Positions 53,483 to 64,000 of a stretch of 64,000 bases of DNA are shown one piece after another. Location of the stretch: the NCBI GenBank assembly GCA_040954595.2, contig CM082598.2, forward strand, positions 7,765,097 through 7,829,096, written 5' to 3'. Origin of the DNA: Balanoglossus misakiensis. Its lineage: Eukaryota > Animalia > Hemichordata. Position numbers and translations under genes: made by a program. The notes below the pieces were generated by a model. That model was not told the DNA's origin, did no database searches, and saw only the letters and a program-made list of their open reading frames with translations. Each line of letters begins with the position of its first letter. Positions within the stretch are counted from its first letter, which is position 1.

Positions 53483-53641
53483 GCTTTGCAGAAATTTTCA
53501 CGAATCTCCGGGGAAGAAAGTAGTTATCGAAGAAGTAATGTGCGGGGGTGACAGTATCTGCACTTCCCAAAAGGGTACAATTATACGTCAGGTGTTCCCA
53601 TCCGTCAAATGCAAAAGGATGAACATAAACGGAAAACGGTG
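53483..53641 (+). pseudogene. P-like transposase gene exon with the first half of an RFX-like winged helix
   Basis: ttttacag| LCRNFHESPGKKVVIEEV...KGTIIRQVFPSVKCKRMNINGKR, followed by the donor GTATCCTTT. Confidence 0.6.
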
Positions 53642-53947
53642 GTATCCTTTACAAATGATATATTTTCATTGTCTGTCTTTTAACGACAACAACGGGCAAG
53701 TGATTGTATTTCAACCACAGAAATGTGGAAATCATCGGCGGAGTCATCATTCTCCACAGAGCTAGATTATAGTCATGAAAGTGGAGAATGTGGGGCCGTC
53801 ATAGTGCAGTGCAGTGTCGAGTCCTGCAGCGTCTTCTGCTGCGGTCGATACTTGAACCTTGACCCGTGTGTCACGTTAGTTTGTTCGAGGTTTATATAAA
53901 TAGTTTTTCTGAAATTATGAAAAAAACCTTGACGAAATCATATCCAG
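53642..53947 (+). other. U12-type (minor spliceosome) GT-AG intron
   Basis: 5' splice site GTATCCTTT, branch-like ACCTTGAC at ~53926-53933 and AG at 53946-53947. Splicing joins the two ORFs in frame (GKR-C-NIYVNLER). Confidence 0.75.
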
Positions 53948-54570
53948 TAACATTTATGTAAACTTGGAAAGGGGACCAGGAAAGATTTTCCGTAAATACC
54001 CAGACCGGCTTTCATGGCATGATTTGTGCAAGTTTGACACAAATGACACTGACAGCGCGCTCGGGTGGATCCCACGGGGTCGGCAGAATTCCGAAGACCC
54101 ACGTCCGTATTTCGAGTGGGTGCTATTTGAAAATGGTGCTACCTGTAAAGGACATAAAGTGGTACGTGAACTGAGAATATATGAGGACTACTCATGGGAC
54201 TTGCGTGTTCTCCGTCGGCGTGCTACACAGTGCCTTGGCCTGCCTGCTGTGCTGACCGGTAAAGTAGATGAAATCTACGCACTGTTTGTAGCTGCGGCCA
54301 CTGCCAAACTTTGTCCAAGATTTGGTGTCATCTTACATCGGGATGCGAAGTCAACAGTGAACGGTGAAGAGCTTGGCAGTGCAGAAAGCTGGGTGAACAA
54401 CGAGCTACCTGAGGCATCTCTTATGCACTGATCTGTGCAGTGTGAAGTTTCGCTCTCGATGCCATATTCAGAATTCACTTGCAAACGCTGTGCGTGTTTA
54501 AAGAAAAACTGTGGCAGAGACATGTTCGCTAAACCCACAGCACCACCATCGAAGTTCAAAAGAGAGTCCG
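53948..54570 (+). pseudogene. P-like transposase gene exon (Cys-rich region), cut by an LTR insertion
   Basis: Open except for TGA at 54429 (probable CGA>TGA). Reads ...KLCPRF...H*SVQCEV...FTCKRCACL...SKFKRES. Confidence 0.7.
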
Positions 54571-55024
54571 TGTTACGGCCGGCCGTCCTTCGGACGTTTC
54601 ACCTCCTTCGAGGCTTCTGTGGGGAATCAGCCATGTCCGAAGGCTGACGGCGTAAATTCCCTCCATCTCCTTCTCCAACCAACATATTCATAGAGTCTGA
54701 GAGAGGTACCCGGCAGATCGTAAACCATTCAACAGTATAGAAAACATTTTCCAATTTCCGAAAAGTAGCCGTTTTTTAAACTTTTTTCAAGGAAATTAGT
54801 GTTTTGTTCACAGTACAATATATTTCGATATTTTTCTATGATTATTTTCAAGATGTTTGCGAGTGTGCAGAAAGTAAAGAATAAACTGTGAAATTTCCAT
54901 AGAAATAATGAAGGAGCCATCTTTAGGTTGTATGGATTTGAATATTTCATTGAAAAAAACTAATAACTAAATTATGAATTCAATTAATAGTACAATTTGC
55001 AAAAAATTGCTAGTCACTCCAGAA

Positions 55025-55370
55025 GGGTCAGTGCTTGGAAATGTGAGAGCCTGGAAATTTCCAAGCACTGACAAGGGTCAGTGGTCGGAAATGCCCAGAC
55101 ACTCAGGGAATGTGAGAGCCTTGGAAATTTCCAAGCACTGACAAGGGTCAGTGGTCGGAAATTTCCAGACACTCAGGGAATGTGAGAGCCTGGAAATTTC
55201 CAAGCACTGACAAGGGTCAGTGGTCGGAAATTTCCAGACACTCAGGGAATGTGAGAGCTTAGAAATTTCCAAGCACTGACAAGGGTTAGTGGCCGGAAAT
55301 ATCCAGTCACTCGGGGAATGTGAGAGCCTGGAAATTTCCAAGCATTGACAGGGTCAGTGCTTGGAAATCT
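55025..55370 (+). repeat. 69-bp tandem array (~5 units), left arm
   Basis: Unit cactgacaagggtcagtggtcggaaatttccagacactcagggaatgtgagagcctggaaatttccaag. Confidence 0.9.
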
Positions 55371-55820
55371 TGAGTTTCTCTATCATGTTTCAAATTATGG
55401 CCTTTAGGAAAACGATCTGTTGAGAAACTTCGCCTGTATTTATATCTTCAACCCTACGGATGAGTTTGGTCGTTTGACTGCGGTGGCCTCTTCTGCTGTT
55501 CTTCTCTCTCTCCATGCCCGACATCCTGGTCTCGGCACCAACAAATGTACCGCGTACACTTGGGAATAGGTTCGGAATGAAGAGAGAGGGGCGGGATGGC
55601 CAATACTTCTTTATATACAGTGGTTTGAACTGTGACATTTGGTAACACTGCATAATTCAAGAACAATAGCATTTGGTAGTTGTGAAGTTGTGACTTTGTA
55701 TACAGAGTAGAAAGAACAATTGTGTCAGATAAACAATACCAATTCCCAATAAACAACTAGTGTATGGGCTAACTCAGAGGAGTTGGTAGGCGAAGCCTGT
55801 CATGAACATTGGGACGCTAA

Positions 55821-56204
55821 GGCTCCTTAGACAAACCTGGTGCGTCTGCGGTCCAGATCCGTACCAGAGCTTTTCGCCGAAATTCGATTTTATCGGGAGA
55901 ATATCCTTTCCCTGTCTACTAACCGGTTATAACCGCGATTGACTTCTTCTAACATCCGAACCGCTCGCTTTCTGAAACTTTTGTGTTTACCCATTGAGAT
56001 AACCTCACTGTATTCAATATGGCGATCTCAACAGGTAAACACAAGAGAAAATCAGAAAGCGAGTGGCTCGGAAGTTAATTACATCATATTTGGAGTCATT
56101 TGTGGGTAGACGGGGGAAAGATTCCCCCCGATAAAATCCAATCTCGGCCGAAAAGCTGCTGTCCGGATCCGGATCTCAGACGAATCAGTTTTGTCCATGG
56201 AGCC
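55821..56204. mobile_element. MITE (Harbinger-like termini) nested in the AACAG element
   Basis: ggctcc..agacaaac...gattttatcggg is inverted at cccgataaaatc...tttgtccatggagcc. TSD is imperfect (TAA/TTG). Confidence 0.55.
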
Positions 56205-56274
56205 TTGCAGAGATGTGGTGGAAGCCGTGTATTAAACGCCGGGAGAACGCAGACATGTACGGAGGACTACCACG

Positions 56275-56795
56275 ACCCTGTCAGTGCTTGGAAAGTTCAA
56301 GGCTCTCACATTCCCTGAGTGTCTGGAAATTTCCGACCACTGACCCTTGTCTGTGCTTGGAAATTTCTAAGCTCTCACATTCCCTGAGTGTCTGGAAATT
56401 TCCGACCACTGACCCTTGTCAGTGCTTGGAAATTTCCAGGCTCTCACATTCCCTGAGTGTCCGGAAATTTCCGACCACTGACCCTTGTCAGTGCTCGGAT
56501 ATTTCTAAGCTCTCACATTCCCTGAGTGTCTGTGGAAATTTTCGACCACTGACCCTTGTCAGTGCTTGGAAATTTCCAGGCTCTCATATTCCCTGAGTGT
56601 CTGGAAATTTCCGACCACTGACCCTTGTCAGTGCTTGGAAATTTCCAAGGCTCTCACATTCCCTGAGTGTCTGGGCATTTCCGACCACTGACCCTTGTCA
56701 GTGCTTGGAAATTTCCAGACTCTCACATTCCCTGAGTGTCTGGAAATTTCCGACCACTGACCCTTGTCAGTACTTGGAAATTTCCAAGCTCTCAC
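56275..56795 (-). repeat. 69-bp tandem array (~7.5 units), right arm, inverted relative to the left arm
   Basis: Reverse complement of the 55025-55370 unit. Confidence 0.9.
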
Positions 56796-58605
56796 ATGCC
56801 ACTGACTCTTTCCAAGTATTTTAGCCGCAAAATATGGATTTGTCAATGAGCAGTGCTTATTTCCTAAAATTCATACGAAATCCAACGGATTTGTGTGATA
56901 CGGATATTAATCTAACAATTCTTGTAATAAATATTGGGTTTCAGATTTACTTTTTGATGCTATTGTTTTTTCTGGCGAAATTTTACAAACAATTCACACA
57001 CTTGCAAATTTTCAATAGAAATATTACTCATGATAAACATGGAGACAAAATTTCATTAGAAAAAAATCAAAAGGACTGTCATGTACGTGGCTTTGAAGGA
57101 GACTCAGTTTTTTCACAGATAAATTTTAATTTTAGTTTAAAGCCAAAATATGACAAAATGCATTTTTCCTGCTGTACAGCTGCAGGAAAGAGACTAAGAA
57201 TACCATTATGTAATTTTTTCATTAGAAATTGGCAAAGAATGGGGAATATTTTCATAAATTTCTAACTTTTTCAGCAGTAATTATGTAAAAAAGAGGTTTT
57301 TCGGAAATTGGAAAATGTTTTCTATACTGTTATTCGTAGACAGAGACTTACAACAAGTTTTCCGAGTAACACAAAGTTCTGGTTTATTACTGGTCACACG
57401 TAAGAATTACACGACTCGATCCATGCTCGTTGACTCCCATCACGGATCTCCCGTTATAATCGTGTGATCTCAAATTTCACCACACCTTATTAATACGTTA
57501 GTCAAGGATTAAGTCATAAAAGGAACACGTCATCTTAATATTTCTTAAACATGAACTTAGCGCGTGATATCTCTATCTCGTTCTGACATGTATCAATTAC
57601 ACAATCTTGTTTACTCTGGGTCAAGTACATATGTCAATTCTGGACTAAAACCATACAAGTGAATGACTTCTTACTTAATCATAAACAAGATCTATGATCG
57701 TTAAAACTCAATCGTGACACAGTTCAATGTCATTCTATCACAGTTCTTTTGCGATAGCAGACGATTCAAGAGTCTTCCCTTCTTCATTCCACGAGACCTC
57801 TTTTCTTCGTCGCCAGAACTGCTTCAACTACATGCTTCTGGATACGACGCCCCTCTGATCAAACAACAGATCCATCGTTGAAAACCCGTCCACGCATTCC
57901 ATGCAGTCAACAGTCAGCACCAACCTTTTTTCTGTTCTCGTTTCCTTCTGAAGCAGACCATTGGATCATCAGTTTCGCCAGCTTTTTCTCTTCTTACTTC
58001 TTTCTCGGTTTAGGAATCAGTTGCAACATCTCTTCCTACCCGGATTCTAACACCATGTTGTTACGGCCGCCGGCCGTCCTTCGGACGTTTACCTCCTTCG
58101 GACGCTTCTGTGGGGAATCAGCCACGTCCGAAGGCTGGGAGCGTAAATTCTCTCCATCTCCTTCTCCAACCAACATATTCATAAAGTCCGAGAGAGGTAC
58201 ACGGCAGATCGTAAACCATTCGTAGACAGAGACTTACAACAAGTTTTCCGAGTGACACAAAGTTCTGGTTTATTACTGGTCACACGTAAGAATTACACGA
58301 CTCGATCCATGCTCGTTGACTCCCATCACGGATCTCCCGTTATAATAGTGTGATCTCAAATTTCACCACACCTTATTAATACGTTAGTCAAGTATTAAGT
58401 CATAAAAGGAACACGTCATCTTAATATTTCTTAAACATGAACTTAGCGCGTGATATCTCTATCTCGTTCTGACATGTATCAATTACACAATCTTGTTTAC
58501 TCTGGGTCAAGTACCTATGTCAATACTGGACTAAAACCATACAAGTGAATGACTTCTTACTTAATCATAAACAAGATCTATGATCGTTAAAACTCAATCT
58601 TGACA

Positions 58606-58877
58606 TCGGCAATGAACAAAGAAGAACTTAAAGAAAAGCTCTCAGAAGAAAGGAGGCTGAAAATCAATACCATGAAAAGAGAAAGCAGACTTCGTGCCAA
58701 GTTGTCAGGAGAAATGCTGGAATTTTCTGCTGACAGTCATGAAGATGTCCACAATATGTTCAGCTGCACAAATGCAGAAGAAGTCTTTGGGGACAACAAA
58801 GATTTAAACATTCTATGGGACGAACAAAGAAAGGCTCTGCAGAGCAAAGGACCAACTGAAAGGCAATGGCACCCAAA
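58606..58877 (+). pseudogene. P-like transposase: coiled coil and the (R)WHP motif
   Basis: SAMNKEELKEKLSEERR...LWDEQRKALQSKGPTERQWHP, followed by the donor gtaagt. Confidence 0.8.
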
Positions 58878-59048
58878 GTAAGTCTTTAGACAGTCACTTC
58901 ACACTCTTGACCACTGTATTTATCATAAACTGAGAGCATGGTGTGATAATTCTGTGTATAAAACCAATTTTATCATGAAGTCAAAAGTGTTGTATTCAGC
59001 AAATTTTCAGTGAAATAACCAATAAAATGTTTACTTTTTATTGTACGG

Positions 59049-59142
59049 GGTTATAAAAATGTGTCTTTCGGTTTGGATGAGAAGCCAGAAAGCATATGAT
59101 GAAGTGAGCGGAATGATAACATTACCATCGGGAAGACCCTTA
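59049..59142 (+). pseudogene. P-like transposase exon, first part
   Basis: VIKMCLSVWMRSQKAYDEVSGMITLPSGRPL matches the P-transposase pattern CL....SP.AY...LPS.RTL. The acceptor reads GG instead of AG. Confidence 0.85.
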
Positions 59143-59143
59143 A

Positions 59144-60952
59144 AGTGAACCGACACCTTCCTTGTAGAGAGATTCTAATAAAATCTTTGTGAAAAACATG
59201 AGTGATTTGCGTCGTTTTTATTCACTTTCACTTATCGCGCAGCAGCGTAGCGTCGATCTCGATATGCAGTGTGACGTCACAGACTAGTCACCAGTAGCAG
59301 ACGCCACCGTGCGCACGCTAACGTACGCAGACATTTGACATGGCTGGCTGCCTCGCAAGTGGGAGCAAACACAGAGTTGGCAAAAACACGGCGAAAGGTT
59401 TTATAAAAGTTCCCGACCCTTCGGTGGACAGTCAAAATGCAAATCGAGCTGAAAAATGGGTGTCAAACATTGGCATATTATTTCGGTGCTTATTGCTCAG
59501 ACAGATGATACTTTTGCTTCGGAAATGTTCGTGTTCAACTAGGCCCTATCGTGAAGCATATTGCAAAAAAAATACTACACAGCAAAAATTGTCGAAACAG
59601 CCGGGGCCTCTGATTTCCTTTGATCACCATATGACGAAACCGAATATTTGGCACTGTAAATCAAAACTCTGATCGGAAGAAAGTAGTGTGGCGGAAATAG
59701 GCCTACTAGTGAACACTGTTTTTGTCGCGTACCCAAGCTGTGAATGCATCGCAAAACCATTTCCAAAGACAAAAACGACCACCTCTACCATCTGGAAGCA
59801 CCACAGATGTACTCGAAACATGACAATCGGAGTTTCTGCCTCCCTTTAATCAACAAAGCCGCATCTTTTCACAGCTGTTGATCAACGTAAAGGATGGTAG
59901 ACACGTGTGGTAGACATTTTCGCAAGGGTGTCAATAGGTTTACTTTCTATTCTTTTGGGAAATCACAAGGGTCCCTATTGTGACATGGGTGACTAAATGT
60001 CAAAAATTATCGCATGGCTTCGTGATATGTCGTTCAAGTCTTTATCTAACGGCCTTGTCAAGACATCTATTTCATGGCAGCACCGGCATTCCTTGACAGT
60101 AGAAATAACTTCGCATTTACCGCAGCGCAGCTACACCATGAGCATGAGCGTGATGAAAGACGAAGCCGATCACTCTTCTCGATCGTCTTTGTTGTCTACA
60201 CTTGCCTCTGTACTATTGGAATCAGTTTCACTTGAGTCGCCTACCATCTCATCGCTGCTGTATTTGGGTTCGTACAAAAATCCGACGATATCTTCGTTTG
60301 AAAACTCCATATCGCGTGGTCGTTTTTGTCCTTGGAAATGGTTTTGCGGTGCATTCACAGCTTGGGTACGCGACAAAAACAGTGTTCACTAGTAGGCCTA
60401 TTTCCGCCACACTACTTTCTTCCGATCAGAGTTTTGATTTACAGTGCCAAAAATTCGGTTTCGTCATATGGTGATCAAAGGAAATCAGGAGCCCCGGATG
60501 TTGCGACAATTTTTGCTGTGTAGTTTTTTTTTTTTGCAATATGCTTCACGATATAGGGCCTAGTTGAACACGAACATTTCCGAAGCAAAAGTATCATCTG
60601 TCTCAGCAATAAGCACCGAAATAATATGCCAATGTTTGACACCCATTTTTCAGCTCGATTTGCATTTTGACTGTCCACCGAAGGGTCGGGAACTTTTATA
60701 AAACCTTGTGTTTTGCCAACTCTGTGTTTGCTCCTACTTGCGAGGGAGCCAGCCATGTCAACTGTCTGCGTACGTTAGCGTGCGCACGGTGGCGTCTGCT
60801 ACTGGTGACTAGTCTGTGACGTCACACTGCATATCGAGATCGACGCTACGCTGCTGCGCGATAAGTGAAAGTGAATAAAAACGACGCAAATCACTCATGT
60901 TTTTCACAAAGATTTTATTAGAATCTCTCTACAAGGAAGGTGTCGGTTCACT
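59144..60952. mobile_element. Kolobok-derived palindromic element with ~640-bp inverted arms
   Basis: TTAA|agtgaaccgacacc ... ggtgtcggttcact|TTAG. Arms at 59144-59782 and 60316-60952 each start a THAP-like ORF. The spacer encodes KolX-like GFLYEP...CGKCEVISTVKECRCCHEID on the minus strand. Confidence 0.85.
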
Positions 60953-60955
60953 TTA

Positions 60956-61091
60956 GGTATGTATGTCAATTGTGTTGATCACAGCCCTTAACGACAACTT
61001 TCTAGAATGGATGGTGGAAGCAGCTGAAAAAATGAAACTTTCATCTGAGGGTGGAAATGGTGGCATAATACTAGATGAAATGGCAATACAG
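60956..61091 (+). pseudogene. P-like transposase exon, second part with the first catalytic Asp (DEM motif)
   Basis: GMYVNCVDHSP / frameshift / NDNFLEWMVEAAEKMKLSSEGGNGGIILDEMAIQ, then the donor gtttgt. Confidence 0.85.
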
Positions 61092-61154
61092 GTTTGTATG
61101 CTTTCTTCTCCAAACTGAACAAATTAAGGATAAAGTGAAAAAAGAAGAAAAAGA

Positions 61155-64000
61155 ATATTTAAAATTCGCAAAGTCGAAAAATTGTCATTTTTGGATGATT
61201 CTCATGAGCTATAACCCATGATTTTTATCAAAAAATGGATAAGTATTGAAATTTCGCAAAGTCGAAAAAATTGTAATTTTAGGATGATTTTCATGAGCTA
61301 TAACCCATGATTTTTATCAAAAATGGATAAGTATTGAAATTTCACAAAGTCGAAAAATTGTCATTTTTGGGGTGATTTTCGTGAGCTGTAACCCATGATT
61401 TTTATCAAAAAATGGATAAACATTGAAATTTCGCAAAGTAAAAAAATTGTCATTTTTGGGTGATTTTCATGAGCTATAAGCCATGATTTTTATCAAAAAT
61501 GGATAAATATTGAAATTTCGCAAAGTCGAAAAAATTGTAATTTTAGGATGATTTTCATGAGCTATAACCCATGATTTTTATTACAAAAAAATGGATAAAT
61601 ATTGAAATTTCGCAAAGTCGAAAAAATTGTAATTTTTGGATGATTTTCATGAGCTATAACCCATGATTTTTATCACACAATGAATAAATATTGAAATTTC
61701 GCAAAGTCGAAAAAATTGTCATTTTTGGATGATTTTCATGAGCTATAACCCATGATTCTAATCAAAAAATGGATAATTATTGAAATTTCGCAAAGTCGAA
61801 AATTGTCATTTTTGGGTGATTTTCATGAGCTATAAACCATGATTTTTATCATAAAATGGATAAACATTGAAATAACGTTGAAATTTCGCAAAGTCGAAAA
61901 ATTGTCATTTTTGGGTGATTTTCATGAGCTATATTAACCCATGATTTTTATCACAAAATGGATAAATATTGAAATTTCGCAAAGTCGAAAAAATTGTTAT
62001 TTTTGGATGATTTTCATGAGTTATAACCCATGATTTTTATCACAAAATGGATAAATATTGAAATTTCGCAAAGTCGAAAAAATTGTCATTTTTGGATGAT
62101 TTTCATGAGCTATAACCCATGATTCTAATCAAAAAATGGATAATTATTGAAATTTCGCAAAGTCGAAAATTGTCATTTTTGGGTTATTTTCATGAGCTAT
62201 AAACCATGATTTTTATCAAAAAATGGATAAACATTGAAATTTCGCAAAGTCGAAAAATTGTCATTTTTGGGTGATTTTCATGAGCTATAAGCCATGATTT
62301 TTATCAAAAATGGATAAATATTGAAATTTCGCAAAGTCGAAAAAATTGTAATTTTAGGATGATTTTCATGAGCTATAACCCATGATTTTTATTACAAAAA
62401 AATGGATAAATATTGAAATTTCGCAAAGTCGAAAAAATTGTCATTTTTGGATGAATTTCATGAGCTATAAGCCATGATTTTTATCAAAAATGGATAAATA
62501 TTGAAATTTCGCAAAGTCGAAAAAATTGTAATTTTAGGATGATTTTCATGAGCTATAACCCATGATTTTTATTACAAAAAAATGGATAAATATTGAAATT
62601 TCGCAAAGTCGAAAAAATTGTCATTTTTGGATGATTTTCATGAGCTATAACCCATGATTTTTATCACACAATGAATAAATATTGAAATTTCGCAAAGTCG
62701 AAAAAATTGTCATTTTTGGATGATTTTCATGAGCTATAACCCATGATTCTAATCAAAAAATGGATAATTATTGAAATTTCGCAAAGTCGAAAATTGTCAT
62801 TTTTGGGTGATTTTCATGAGCTATAAACCATGATTTTTATCATAAAATGGATAAACATTGAAATAACATTGAAATTTCGCAAAGTCGAAAAATTGTCATT
62901 TTTGGGTGATTTTCATGAGCTATATTAACCCATGATTTTTATCACAAAATGGATAAATATTGAAATTTCGCAAAGTCGAAAAAATTGTAATTTTTGGATG
63001 ATTTTCATGAGTTATAACCCATGATTTTTATCACAAAATGGATAAATATTGAAATTTCGCAAAGTCGAAAAAATTGTCATTTTTGGATGAATTTCATGAG
63101 CTATAACCCATGATTCTAATCAAAAAATGGATAATTATTGAAATTTCGCAAAGTCGAAAATTGTCATTTTTGGGTTATTTTCATGAGCTATAAACCATGA
63201 TTTTTATCAAAAAATGGATAAACATTGAAATTTCGCAAAGTCGAAAAATTGTCATTTTTGGGTGATTTTCATGAGCTATATTAACCCATGATTTTTATCA
63301 CAAAATGGATAAATATTTAAAATTCGCAAAGTCGAAACATTGTCATTTTTGGATGATTTTCATGAGCTATAACCCATGATTTTTATCAAAAAAATGGATA
63401 AATATTGAAATTTCGCAAAGTCGAAAAATTGTCATTTTTGGATGATTTTTATGAGCTATAACCCATGATTTTTATCAAAAAATGGATAAATATTGAAATT
63501 TCGCAAAGTCGAAAAATTGTCATTTTGGGTGTTTTTCATGAGCTATAACCCATGATTTTTATCAAAAAATGGATAAATATTGAAATTTCGCAAAGTCGAA
63601 AAATTGTCATTTTTGGGTTATTTTCATGAGCTATAACCCATGATTTTTATCAAAAAATGGAAAAATATTGAATATCGAAAGGTCGAAAAATTGTCATTTT
63701 TGGGTGATTTTCAAGAGCTATAACCCATGATTTTTATCACAAAATGGATAAATATTGAAATTTCGCAAAGTCGAAAAATTTTCATTTTTGGGTGATGTTC
63801 ATGAGCTATAACCCATGATTTTTATCAAAAAATGGATAAATATTGAAATTTCGCAAAGTCAAAAAATTGTCATTTTTGGATGATTTTCATTCGGTATAAC
63901 CCATGATTTTTATCAACAATGGATAAATATTGAAATTTCGCAAAGTCGAAAAATTGTAATTTTTGGATGATTTTCATGAGCTATAACCCATGATTTTTAT
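61155..64000. repeat. ~88-bp satellite array (~32 monomers, runs off the window)
   Basis: Unit ttgaaatttcgcaaagtcgaaaaattgtcatttttggatgattttcatgagctataacccatgatttttatcaaaaaatggataaata. Confidence 0.97.

Larger units (their letters stand above)
54731..57331. mobile_element. Unclassified TIR DNA element with 4-bp TSD inserted in the LTR
   Basis: ATTC|aacagtatagaaaacattttccaatttccgaaaa ... ttttcggaaattggaaaatgttttctatactgtt|ATTC. The other LTR has the empty site. Confidence 0.9.
54571..58605 (-). mobile_element. Non-autonomous LTR retroelement (TRIM-like): LTRs at 54571-57719 (interrupted) and 58059-58605, ~340-bp internal region
   Basis: TG...CA direct repeats of ~547 bp. 4-bp TSD tccg/tcgg. 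PBS-like TGGTGTTAGAA on the minus strand at 58045-58055. Confidence 0.85.

Noticed and set aside
53855-53879. Alternative U12 branch point/acceptor (ccttgac...ttag)
   Set aside because: It lies 68 nt upstream of the 53947 acceptor and would shift the frame.
55025-56795. Regular repeats resembling a CRISPR array, and repetitive ORFs (CLEISRLSHSLSVWKFPTTDPCQ)n
   Set aside because: Head-to-tail 69-bp units with no unique spacers, a eukaryotic context and no cas genes. The ORFs arise only because 69 is divisible by 3.
61155-64000. CRISPR-like periodicity
   Set aside because: Pure tandem satellite with no variable spacers.

Overview
AT-rich, repeat-dense eukaryotic (metazoan) genomic DNA. The repeat content (Kolobok, Harbinger, Academ, Helentron-type interspersed elements, RTE-X/L2 LINEs) suggests a marine invertebrate; this is an inference. 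Most ORFs in the supplied track are spurious. One host gene can be rebuilt from splice sites on the + strand (27.7-42.3 kb): a type I membrane protein with two C-type lectin-like domains, a Ser/Thr-rich stalk and a TM helix. Its stalk region has a recent ~2 kb tandem duplication, and the first lectin domain has a stop-containing exon. From 53.5 to 61.1 kb lies a spliced, inactivated P-element-superfamily transposase gene. It has an RFX-like winged-helix N-terminus split by a canonical U12 (minor spliceosome) intron. Two independent insertions interrupt it: an LTR element (which carries a TIR element, which carries a MITE) and a palindromic Kolobok derivative. It runs into an ~88-bp satellite with an 11-mer higher-order repeat. 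The rest is TE debris, palindromes and an old triplicated non-coding unit (7.2-16 kb). No rRNA, tRNA or CRISPR was seen.
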